From assembly GCA_001275005.1 (NCBI GenBank), contig JWZX01002788.1, forward strand, positions 1 to 32,803: 32,803 nt of DNA. The letters run 5' to 3'. Shown piece by piece: positions 1 through 10,131 of this stretch (positions are counted from its first letter, which is position 1; each line of letters opens with the position of its first letter). Made by a program: the position numbers and the translations under genes. Below the pieces are notes generated by a model. It searched no databases, had not been told where the DNA came from, and saw nothing but the letters and a program-made list of their open reading frames with translations. Source of the DNA: Chrysochromulina tobinii. Taxonomy: Eukaryota.

Positions 1-1890
1 GTGCAGTGACAGCTTTGACAGGCTGGCTTGCATCTCCATCTCCGCCGCGTGCTTGCGACGCAGCTTCTTGCTCTCCTGCTTGCGCTTCTTGTGCAAGCGC
101 TCGCGCATCGCCCTCGCCTCTGCCAACACACCCTCGCTCGCGAGTGCGTGGTGCTCCTCGATCGCGCCGACCAGGCCCTCGTACTGCGCGGCCGCCATGG
201 CCACACGAAGCGCCTCGTTGGCGGCGGCAGAAGGAGCAGGACCCACGACGTCCTCGTCGTCGCCAGCCGCCGCCAACACATCGTTGTCCGGCTCGGCGCT
301 GCCACTCGCGGCCGCTGACGCACTCGCTGCCGGCGCTCTCGCCTCGCTCGCCCCTTTCTTCTTGGCCTTGGCTTTCTGGCTCGCGTTCGTCTTCTGCGCG
401 CGCTGCTTGTGCACGCCCTCCGCCTCCTCCTGGGCCAGCAGAGCCGCAGCGGCAAGCTCGGCTGCCCGCTCGGCTGCCGCACGCTCCGCACTCGACACTG
501 GAGCGACCGCAGCGATCGTCGCAGGTGCGCGGCCCCTGCTGCGCAGGAATCTTGCGATGGCGGTATGGCCTCGGGCCTCTGCGACATCGAGGGCTGTGCC
601 GAAAGCAGATTGCAAGTCGGCGCGTGCGCCAGCATGCACGAGCAGCATGACTATGTCGCCGTGGCCTTCGTAGCAGGCGGTGTGCAGAGGCGTGGCGCCG
701 TAGCTTTTTGCCTGGTCGATGGCGGCGTGGGCGGCGAGCAGCAGCTGCGCGCAGTCGCCGTCGCCTTTGACGCAGGCGGCGTGCAGAGGCGTGGAGCCGT
801 AGATGTCGGCCTGGTCGACGACGGCGTGGGCGGCGAGCAGCAGCCGCACGCAGCCGCCGCTGCCTTCGCCGCAGGCGGCGATCAGAGATGTGGTGCCTCT
901 GCTGGTTGCCTGGTCGACAGCGGCGTGGGCGGCGAGCAGCAGCTGCACGCAGTCGCCGTGGCCGCTGTCGCTCGCGGCGATCAGAGGCGTGGCGCCGTCG
1001 CTGTCTGCCTGGTCGACGGTGGCGTGGGCGGCGAGCAGCAGCTGCACGCAGCCACCGTGGCCTTCGATGCTGGCGGCGCGCAGAGGCGTGACGCCGTTGC
1101 GGTCTGCCAGGTCGACGACGGCGTGGGCGGCGAGCAGCAGCCGCACGCAGCCGCCGTGGCCTTTGTCGCAGGCGACGAGCAGAGGCGTGCGGCCGTCGCT
1201 GTCTGCCTGGTCGACGGTGGCGTGGGCGGCGAGCAGCAGCTGCACGCAGCCACCGTGGCCTTCGATGCTGGCGGCGAGCAGAGGCGTGACGCCGTTGCGG
1301 TCTGCCTGGTTAACGGCGGCGTTGGCGGCGAGCAGCAGCTGCACGCAGCCACCGTGGCCTTCGATGCTGGCGGCGCGCAGAGGCGTGACGCCGTTGCGGT
1401 CTGCCTGGTTAACGGCGGCGTGGGCGGCGAGCAGCAGCCGCACGCAGCCGCCGCAACCTTTGACGCAGGCGACGATCAGAGGCGTGTTGCCGTCGCTGTC
1501 TGCTGCCTGGTCGACAGCGGCGTGGGCGGCGAGCAGCAGCTGCACGCAGCCTCCGTTGTCTTTGCAGCAGGCGGCGTACAGAGGCGTGACGCCGTTGCTG
1601 GCGGCCTGGTCGACGGCGGCGTGGGAGGCGAGCAGCAGCTGCACGCAGTTGCCGTGGCCTTTGTCGCAGGCGGCGATCAGAGGCGTGACGCCTCTGCTGG
1701 TTGCCTGGTCGACGGCGGCGTGGGCGGCGAGCAGCAGCTTCGTGCACTTAGGGTGACCAGTCTCACATGCAGCATACAGGCAGGCGCCGAGGTGGTCCGC
1801 TTCTGTCACGCTGTCGATGAGGCCCACGGCATTCGCCTCTTCGCCGCGATGGAGCGCGTCGACGATCGCGTGCATGGCCGAGCGTCGCAT
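1..1890 (-). CDS. Ankyrin-repeat protein (about 12 ANK repeats + Ala/Lys-rich linker), 3'-truncated by the window edge; paralog of the ANK-kinase at 22561-25975
   Basis: ATG at 1890 (MRRSAMHAIVDALHRGEEANAVGLIDSV...), open frame running to base 1. 33-aa repeats such as AAVDQADRNGVTPLRAASIEGHGGCVQLLLAAH. Bases 10-660 align almost base-for-base with 24085-24735. Confidence 0.88.
   Translation of the reverse strand, partial: MRRSAMHAIVDALHRGEEANAVGLIDSVTEADHLGACLYAACETGHPKCTKLLLAAHAAVDQATSRGVTPLIAACDKGHGNCVQLLLASHAAVDQAASNGVTPLYAACCKDNGGCVQLLLAAHAAVDQAADSDGNTPLIVACVKGCGGCVRLLLAAHAAVNQADRNGVTPLRAASIEGHGGCVQLLLAANAAVNQADRNGVTPLLAASIEGHGGCVQLLLAAHATVDQADSDGRTPLLVACDKGHGGCVRLLLAAHAVVDLADRNGVTPLRAASIEGHGGCVQLLLAAHATVDQADSDGATPLIAASDSGHGDCVQLLLAAHAAVDQATSRGTTSLIAACGEGSGGCVRLLLAAHAVVDQADIYGSTPLHAACVKGDGDCAQLLLAAHAAIDQAKSYGATPLHTACYEGHGDIVMLLVHAGARADLQSAFGTALDVAEARGHTAIARFLRSRGRAPATIAAVAPVSSAERAAAERAAELAAAALLAQEEAEGVHKQRAQKTNASQKAKAKKKGASEARAPAASASAAASGSAEPDNDVLAAAGDDEDVVGPAPSAAANEALRVAMAAAQYEGLVGAIEEHHALASEGVLAEARAMRERLHKKRKQESKKLRRKHAAEMEMQASLSKLSLH
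661..1745 (-). repeat. Tandem 99-bp ankyrin-coding repeat array (about 11 units; one unit has an extra codon near 1500)
   Basis: Core ggcggcgagcagcagc recurs every 99 bp. Confidence 0.9.
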
Positions 1891-2183
1891 ATCAACCTCG
1901 AAGTTTAAGTTACCGTTTTTTGGCATGCTGAACTGCATGCCAAACGTGTGAGTGCATCGTGATCGTTAAAACGACAGTCGCGTCAACCGGTGCTACCGGG
2001 TACGGCACTGTTACTGCTCGCTGTGTGAGAAAGAACCCTTCAAACTATTCACATTTCAATATGTGCCACATGTACTCGAGAGAACCAACTGAGTGAGTAC
2101 CAACGCGGGGAGTACACGAGAGGAATATTCATCCCCGTGCTGCACCTCGTGCCATGTCGCGCCGCACACGTGTGCTGGCACCC

Positions 2184-3046
2184 TTAGCGCGGCGGTGTGT
2201 CAAGTGCCATACGTTGCAGAGCTAGCCGGGCCTGTGCGTTCTCAAAGCCGCTCAGGATCTGCTGCAGATGCGCCGGCAGCGGCCCCGGCGGCATCGTGCT
2301 CGTGCCGATCAATTCCAGAAGCGACGGCGCCGACGCGCGGCTGCCGAGGTTGAAGCCCATATTGTACCACGCTGCTTCAGGAGTTCCTCGCATGGTTCCG
2401 AATCGGACACTCGCTGACGAAACTGACGACCACACAGAGGTGGGCCCCCGAGCATCGTGAAGCGCCGTGTCTGGCGAGCGCACTAGGTACGGCGAGAGAT
2501 GATGAAGCAGGAACGGCGTCTCGCCCCCTTGGGTCTGCTTGGTCGTCTTCTGCTCATCATGCGCACGGTCCCCGAGCCAAGTGACCGGGTCGGTGGTCGT
2601 CGCGGGCGAGGGCGGCGTCGTGGGCGGGACTGGGCGCTCCGCCTTGGCCTGGTACGCTGCGATCTGCGCCTTGCGCTCGGCACAGCGCTCGGCCCTCTCC
2701 CGCTTCATGGCCATCTGCGCCATCTGGGCCTTGACCTGATCCCTCGCGTCTTTGCCACGTGCGGCAGCCTGCAGCTTGGTCGCGGCAGCTGCCTCGGACG
2801 TGAAGGCGGAGATGACGTGGGTCTTCGTGCGCACGTGCTCGGCGGCATTCTGCGCCCTTCGCGCCAGTTTCGCCTTCTTGCGCGCAGGTGGAGGGATACT
2901 TCCACCTTGGCATGCTGATGACCCTCCCTCATTGCATGCTGATGACCCTCGCAGGTGAGGGATACTTCCGCCTTGGTCGGGTGGTGCGTTGCCACCCCTC
3001 GCTGCCCGCACCGCGCTACATGCCGCGCCGCCCGTGCCACCGTCAC

Positions 3047-3101
<55 letters not shown>

Positions 3102-5837
3102 TCCCCCTCCTCCTCCCCTTCCTCCCCCATCGCCCCCGGGGTCCTCCTCAGTTGCCGACGTGTCGTGATCGAGGTTGGGGAAGAGGAGGCGGCAGAACTC
3201 ATGGTAGTCGACCTCCCCCGTCTCGTCCTCGTCAAAGAGGGCAAAGAGCTGCCGCAGCTTGGCCACTGGGATCTTGAGCTTCATATTCTTCATCGCACGC
3301 TTGAACTCACCCCAATCGAGCTGCCCGTCGCCGCTCGTGTCAAACTCCTGGAAGATGCGGTGCAGCTGGCTCATGGTAAGCCCGCGCTCTTCGAGCATGA
3401 CGGCCATCCGCATCTGCATCTCCACCAGTTCCTTGCGCTCCCAGGCCGATCGGAACGCCTCGCCGATGACCGTGATCGGCATCGTCGTGAAGAGCAACCC
3501 GCACACGATCGCACAGGCGAAGACGACTCGCTGGGCGGGTCCCTGAAGCCCATGGTGGCCGTCATAGCCGAGGGTAGCCACGATCCTGTGCACGTCGAGA
3601 GGGAGATCGAGCTAAGATCGAGAGGGAGATCGAGAGGGAGATCGAGCCAGGATCGTGCTCAGAGGGAGATCGAGCACGGATCGAGAGGGAGATCGAGCCA
3701 GGATCGTGCTCAGAGGGAGATCGAGCACGTCGAGAGGGAGATCGAGCACGAGCAGGCATCGGTGTGTAGTCGGTGTGGGAGACAGACGCACACGAAAGAG
3801 CCTCTAGGGCCGCATGCATGAGTGTTTGGCTGGTGTTTGGCACACACGCACACACTCACTCAAGAGCACAACAACCAGGGAGAAGCGTTCGCGTACTCAG
3901 TCGAGGCACTCAGTCACAGCGCACCAGAAGATCATCCACATGGCTTCGAACCCATCGCCGAGCGGCTCGACCAGTCCGTCATCGAGGTCAGCGCCTCCGC
4001 TCTGGTTGCGCCGAAGCCACAGACCATACTGACCATCGGCTCTCTCGAGGATGATCAACGCGCCGGAGAGGAGAAGCGTGACGATGAGCATCGCAAAGCC
4101 GGGCACCTGATGAGGGAGGCAATCAGAGGTCATCAGAGGTCATCCGAGGTCAACAAAGAGCACCTGATGAGGTGGCAATCAAGCAAGCCATCATCCAGAG
4201 ACGTCAACAGTGAGGCCACAGCACAGAGGAAATACATCTCTGAGGCCACATCGAAGAGGACACTCAGAGGACAATCAGCGGACACCCCACGAGTATATCA
4301 TCACATCGAAGAGGGCAATCAGAGGGCAATCAGAGGACAATCAGCGGACACTCCACGAGTATACCATGAGGGCGCGATACGAGTTCTCAAGGGCGATGAG
4401 CAGCACACGCCAGCCCGAGTAGTGCTTCAGCAGCTTGAAGATGCGCGCGAGACGCAGCAGCTCGAGCAGCTCGAGCACTAGGAGCCCGTCGCTGCTGCGG
4501 CTGCCCCCGGCCATAAAAATGTCGATGTAGAAGGGGATGATGGTCGCCACGTCGATCCAGTACATGGGGTTGAACAGGAGCATGTTGCGCAGGTCGAGCG
4601 TCGCGACGTATGTGCGCAGGGCGAGCTCGATGGTGAAGATGATGCCGCACGCCACCTCGAGAGCATACAGCGACTCCGAGCGTTCAAAACTGGGGACCGT
4701 GGTCAGAAAGAAGCTGAAGACGCTCACGATGATGGTCGCAATAATAAAGATTCCAAGGGCCGAAGCCGCATACGATGATTTGGGAGCGTTGAGCGCCTTC
4801 CGAAGCCGTTGGCGAGGGTCGAGAGTCTTGGAGAGGCGCTGCTTGGTTCCAGCGGCCTCAGCCACGCTCCAGCGCTTTATGACCGAGGAGTCTCCTCCGG
4901 CCTTTTCCTTCGCCTTCGCCATGCAGGTGCAGAACTCGTCAAAGTCGATCTGGCCGGAGTCGTCGGAATCAACCTCCCTGACGATCGCGTCGAGCTCCTT
5001 CGCGCTCAGGGTCTGGCCGAGGGTGTTCATGACGTCGCCAAGCTCTTTGGTCGAGATGGTGCCGCTCCCGTCCTTGTCGAAGGCCGCAAAGATCTTCATG
5101 TACTCCTGCTTGTACTGGTCCATGGACGGCTCCTTCACACCCGCGCGGCGGCCGTTGGCTCCCGCCCAGGTCAGGGGCACCCAGAGCCTCCTTGGTGCCC
5201 CACGAGAGAGCAGCGGACTCACAGTGAGCCCTCGAGGAATCGTAGGTGGGCGCAGCGCCGTTCGTGTCCGATGGCCATCGGAGGCACACTCGGCGGCGGG
5301 AGGTTGGGATTCCTCATGAGCCCATGTACGTTCCTTGGACGTGGCACCTTCGCGCGCTTTGAGACCCCCTCTGGCAACACGTTTGCGATCCCAAAAATGG
5401 GAGCCCAGAGGTGCCATCAGCGTGAGCCTTCGGCGCATCGGAGGTGGAGGTACAGATGGAGACGCTGCCGGGCGGGAGAGAAGGCCATCTGACGCGCGCT
5501 CGTGTGGCGGCGTGTCTTCGAGGTGGAGCCTGATCTCATCCGCCCGGAACCACAAACTCTGGCCGTTTGCGAAGCGCACCTGGTACGGGCGAATCCTGGG
5601 CTCATTCAGGTCGTCCGTGATGAGCACGCCCGTCTGCCCGACGAACAGCCGAGTGGACTGGTTCAACGGGTCCCCTTTGGCCTTGACCACAATGACCGTG
5701 TCACCCACCCTCGCCCGTCGACGTCGTGACGACACCTTTGGTGGTGTCGACAGCAATGCGGCCGCCTTCAACTTTCCCCAATGTGGACCTGCCTTCGGAG
5801 CTGCGTTCGGTTGTGCCCCTTCAGCCCGGAAATTCAT
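2184..5837 (-). CDS. Voltage-gated K+ channel-family (6TM) protein with N- and C-terminal EF-hand pairs and an IQ motif. Exons about 5837-4365, 4106-3925, 3585-2184; 5' structure uncertain
   Basis: Calmodulin-like lobe FDKDGSGTISTKELGDVMNTLG...VDSDDSGQIDFDEF. S4 LRLARIFKLLKH. Pore FEAMWMIFW|IVATLGYDG. S6 CGLLFTTMPITVIGEAF. EF-hands DTSGDGQLDWGEF and DEDETGEVDYHEF. IQ-like LQAAARGKDAR. GT-AG introns 4364-4107 and 3924-3586 join the frames. Confidence 0.85.
3047..3100. repeat. (GCC)n trinucleotide run encoding poly-Gly in the channel C-terminus
   Basis: Direct inspection. Confidence 0.9.
3586..3924 (-). other. Spliceosomal intron with gagggagatcgag repeats
   Basis: TG|GTGCGC ... cacAG|G restores W-IVATLGYDG. 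Confidence 0.8.
4107..4364 (-). other. Spliceosomal intron, repeat-rich, with internal copies of its own donor and acceptor
   Basis: ATG|GTATAC ... ctgattgcctccctcatcAG|GTG. Decoy acceptor near 4161, decoy donor near 4281-4300. Confidence 0.8.
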
Positions 5838-6236
5838 CTGCACCCAGCTGCACCCAGGCGGGCACCGTCTGTTCGTCCACGAAGGCGGCGAGAGATTTAT
5901 TTTCAATTACCAGAGGGTTGCATGCAGCGACACGAAGAGTTTTGTCCTGTCTCCGGACGGGTCCAGTTCATGCCAGTTGAGACTTGTACAAATTGGGCCC
6001 GACTCCTGGTGCAAGTTCGATATGACACACTTTTCAGGGTCTCGTTTTTGTTACATATCTTCGTTCATGACCTGGCCGCCTGGGACATCCCACGAAAACG
6101 CGAATCACAACTTCTCAACAATTTTTCTCCGCGGATCCTCGGAGGTGTCGCTTAGCCTAAAAGTTGGGATCAGGAGGGCGAGGGCCTCTCGCCTCTCGGC
6201 TGCAAACAACGCGCGACCGGACCCCACAACGGACCC

Positions 6237-6361
6237 CTACCGCGGTGCACGGGCGGCTTCCTCGGAAGACGTCGCGGGCGGCTGTTGCCCGGGATCCTCG
6301 CCACCTGGGTGCAAGTTCAGGTGGCGTGGGATCGCTCCCACTGGCGTGGGAGTGACGGTGG

Positions 6362-6397
<36 letters not shown>

Positions 6398-7625
6398 AAG
6401 CGGCGGCGGTGGCAGCGATGGCGGGGATTGCGGGGGTGGCGGCGGCGGCGGCGGCGGAAGCGGCGGCGGTGGCGGCGATGGCGGTGGCGGTGGTGGTGGC
6501 GGCTTGCGGCTGCACCCTCGTCATCTTCAGGTTGTCCTTGAGGCCCGAGTCAAACTCACGCCGGCTCCAACCTTGTGAGGCGAGCAGCTCGTTCAGATCG
6601 GATTCGCTCACATGATGCTTCGCCGCGTAGTCGCTCAACATGGCCTTCTCGAGAGGGTGGACGAGGCCGTCGGCCAGGACCGCACGCAGCACGAGCTCGT
6701 ACTCGTGCCGCAACGACGCGCGCGTCTCCTCATCTTCGCGGAGCGCCAACGACTTTTGTGCCCGCTTCCCGCGGATGAGGTCCACGTAGAGAGTCGAGAG
6801 CACAGCGGCCTCGATACTCTTATCCTCACGCATGACCTTGCGCAGCTCCTCGGTGTTCCATTCGAGGTACTTCGTGCGCTGGTTGAGCGTCACCGTGTTC
6901 GGGTAGGGCCGGCCTGCAAGCGTACCGTCTACAAGGGCCGTGCCGCCGATGATGCAGCCGCGCGCCACGTGCGAGGGCAGCATCGCCACATCCTGGTCGG
7001 TCCCGTTGTAGAGCGCGACGAGCGTCTCGTGCCCCTTGTCGTCACGCGCGACGGCCTGCGCCGAGCCGCTGTGCAGGAAGAAGACTGAGTCAAGGATGTC
7101 GCCTTTGGTGACCATTGGCGTTCCCGCATCGGCCGTGCGCCACTTACCGTGGTGTAGCAGCTCAAAGAACTGCTGCGGCGAGACGCCGTACGGCGCAAAC
7201 TGCGAGTGGTAGAGGCTCATCTCGTCGTCGTCGAAGTAGATGGTCTTGCGATCGTGCATGAAGAGCAGCGGGACCATCCCGAGCAGGCATCCGATCGAGA
7301 TGCCAATCGAGTTCGCCGACACCTTGACGAAGCGCGTGCGCGGCAGCTCCAACTGTACCTCCGTCAGCGGAGGCGCCTTGAAGAAGCGCGACGTCTTACT
7401 CTCGATCACATCTTGTAAGCTGAGGCCAATCACGTCAGAGATCAGGTTGCCGAGGCCCGCGGCCGCGAGCGTCGACAGACCGAAGCGAATGCCGAGCGTG
7501 GCATCGATCTGGTCTCCTGCGATGATCATGATGAAGTTGTCGGCGAAGCCAAAGCCGATGAACGGCACGCCGCCCGCAAGCGCGAGCATGAGGAGCTGCC
7601 GTTTCGTGGGCTGTGGCACCGTCGC

Positions 7626-7657
<32 letters not shown>

Positions 7658-7838
7658 ACAGCGCCCGAGCGCTGCTGCTGAACGCGCCCCCGACCCCACG
7701 GCAGCGCAGGCCGCTGCCAGAGGCTCCGGCGACGCCCGAACGCTGACAAGCGACGGTGGCGGTGGCCATTGCGAAGGTCGGCCGATGCGTCAGCACCGAC
7801 AATGTGCTGGCCAGCGACCGAGGTCGAAGAAACATCAT
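6237..7838 (-). CDS. TMEM65-like membrane protein fused to a Popeye/cNMP-binding-like domain and a helical TerB-like C-terminal domain; probable mitochondrial presequence
   Basis: TMEM65 signature VPFIGFGFADNFIMIIAGDQIDATLG...STLAAAGLGNLISD. LYHSQFAPYGVSPQQFFELL...GDILDSVFFLHSG resembles Popeye/CNB domains. Arg/Ser-rich N-terminus. Confidence 0.8.
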
Positions 7839-7994
7839 TGTACGGGACCCTCGACGCGTGGTTGCATCTCGTCACGCAGCTGCGTTGCAGATTAGAGCGT
7901 GAACACTTGTGAACGTCAGTGAATGCGGCTGTGAGGTGTGCGAGATGTTGTCCTTCACGCTTTTGAGTTTGGTTTGGACGTGTTAAATTATAAA

Positions 7995-9605
7995 ATGTCA
8001 CTCTCGCGGCACTCGCTGTTGCCGCTGCTCGCGCTCGTGCTCGTGCCGCTCGCGTCTCCGTTTGGACGGCTGCGTACGAGCGACCGGCTCGAGCAGGCCG
8101 CGAAGCTCCTCGGCGACGCCGCCGAGCCTCCGTCACCTCCAGGCGAGAGCGGCGCGACATTCGTCCCGCTGCCCACGGCTGAGGAGCTTGCCAAGTGCAT
8201 GGACAAGAACCCGGAATGCGCGCGGTGGGCCAAGGGCGGCGAGTGCGAGGCGAATCCCGAATTCATGCTCCACGAGTGCCCGGCGGGCTGCCAGCAGTGC
8301 CAGTCCGAAAACTGCCGCGACAAGAATGCGGTGTGCGCGAGCTGGGCGGCGAGCGGCGAATGCAAGGCCAACCACGCGTTCATGCTCAAAGAATGCCCGT
8401 TCGCGTGCAAGGTGTGCCACATCAACTTCAAGGAGGCGTGCCGGCGCGATCCGGCTATGGCGCCCGCTGCGGTGCCGGGCACCATAGACGCGACCATCGA
8501 GCGCGCGCTGCGCGAGTTTCCAGCGTTCCGGCCGCGCGTGCTGCACCGCGAGCCGTGGGTGATCGAATTCCAATCGTTCCTGACGGAGACCGAGGCGGAC
8601 CACATTATACGCACGGGCGGGCACAATTTCGAGCGCAGCCTCGCAGGCGACGGCGTCACACCCGTCCGTACCAGCTCTACCAGCTGGTGCAATGTGGAAT
8701 CGTGTCTGTCGGATGGTCTGTTCCAGGTGATGGCCGCTGATGGCCGCTGATGGCCGCTGATTGCCTCTGGTTGCCTCTGGTTGCCTCTGGTTGCCACTGA
8801 GCCTCGTCCGTGTCGGTCTGATGCAGTCCGTGCGCGAGCGCATCGTGAACGTTACACGCGTGCCGTGGGAGAACGCCGAGCACTTGCAGGTACTCCGCTA
8901 TCATCCGGGCCAGTTCTACCGAGAGCACCACGACCAGAACTCGCCGCACTATTCAACGTGGGGACCACGGCTGTTCACCTTCTTCATGTACAGCGCTGAG
9001 GACCCCTGATTGTTCGCTGAGGACCCCTGATTGTTCGCTGAGGACCACTGATTCTTCGCTGACTGCACCCTGATTGCGTCCCTCATCAGGTACCTGTCGG
9101 ATGTGGAGGAGGGCGGCGAGACGCGCTTCACGAAGCTCAACCTGACAGTCGCGCCCAAGAAGGGTTCGGCGATCTTGTGGCCCTCCGGTGATGAGCACCG
9201 ATAGCCATTGAGTACCCTGAGTAGCCACCGAGTACCCACTGTGGGCTCGGCGATCCTGTGGGCCACCCCAGCATGCAAGTGCTCACCCCGGCGCCCTCCG
9301 AGTACCCCCTGTGGGCTCGGCGATCCTGTGGGCCACCCCAGCATGCAAGTGCTCACCCCGGCGCCCTCCTGCGCCCAGTGTTCTCGCGCGATCCATGGAC
9401 AACTGATGAAGGCACGTACCACGAAGCCGTCACCGTGGCCAAGGGCGTCAAGTACGCGGCCAACTTTTGGATCCACATGTTCGAGTTCCAGCAGGCGCTC
9501 ATGCGCGGCTGCGACAATGAGGACTACTGGCAGGATATGCTGCTTGACGACGAGAGGTTCGGCAAGGGGATGCTCGCTAAGCCGAACCCATCTAAAGGGT
9601 ACTAA
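7995..9605 (+). CDS. Secreted prolyl 4-hydroxylase (2OG-Fe(II) dioxygenase) with two N-terminal ShKT domains. Exons 7995-8726, 8827-8987, 9090-9187, 9379-9605
   Basis: Signal peptide. CMDKNPECARWAKGGECEANPEFMLHECPAGCQQC and a second ShKT. RTSST, EHLQVLRY, HHD, YLSDVEEGGETRF, HEA, KYAANFWIH. All three introns are GT-AG and keep frame. Confidence 0.92.
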
Positions 9606-9810
9606 AGCGTAGCTCACCCATTTAGGCGCAGGACACCAGGACTACTGTACGTGAGGTCGGTAGCGGAGCGGATCGTCGATGAAAGAGTTTGCCACCTGTG
9701 CCCACGCGATACGCGGGACGACAGGTGGAGCACAACAAAATAAATTAGCCGCGCCAGCGGCCAGCGCCCTCGAAGTCATCCGTCGTCAGCCGAAGTCGGA
9801 AGTCCATCCG

Positions 9811-10035
9811 ATGACCGATCGTTACGATACGGCGCAGGCTCACGCCTTGATGGGGCGGGAGGGTTTCTCAACCCGCATACCCCGCCCGGCCGTTCAACCC
9901 GACGCATGGTTTCAACACTCACGTCTCGTCTGGGACGTCAGGTACGCAGGTAGTTACCAGTTACCAAACATAGTGCGCCCTGCGCCGGAGGCGTCGCTAA
10001 ACGGAAAGCTTTACCCTCCACAGTACAACGCCTGA
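9811..10035 (+). CDS. Possible small hypothetical protein (74 aa)
   Basis: ATG-initiated ORF in an intergenic gap with protein-like composition; no recognisable motif. Confidence 0.25.
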   Translation: MTDRYDTAQAHALMGREGFSTRIPRPAVQPDAWFQHSRLVWDVRYAGSYQLPNIVRPAPEASLNGKLYPPQYNA

Positions 10036-10131
10036 GAGCACCCTCGCCCACGCCAAGAGCACACTTCCCACGTGGCCGAGTGCGTTCAAAGGGGCTCGAG
10101 GCATCAAAGCTTCCATCCGAAAGCTCTAGCT

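Noticed and set aside
661..1745. Regular repeats with variable interiors resembling a CRISPR array
   Set aside because: The 99-bp period is in-frame ankyrin coding sequence; no unique spacers or cas genes; eukaryotic context
409..1908. Long plus-strand ORFs over the ankyrin arrays (also 23918-26074)
   Set aside because: Antisense shadows of GC-rich repeat-coding genes; the minus frame gives canonical ankyrin repeats
1918..1943. 10-bp inverted repeat tttggcatgc/gcatgccaaa upstream of ANK copy 1
   Set aside because: Short, no TSD, not present upstream of copy 2
6355..6505. GCG-rich tract (also 7630-7657 and 32748-32803)
   Set aside because: Ordinary coding trinucleotide runs encoding low-complexity amino-acid tracts
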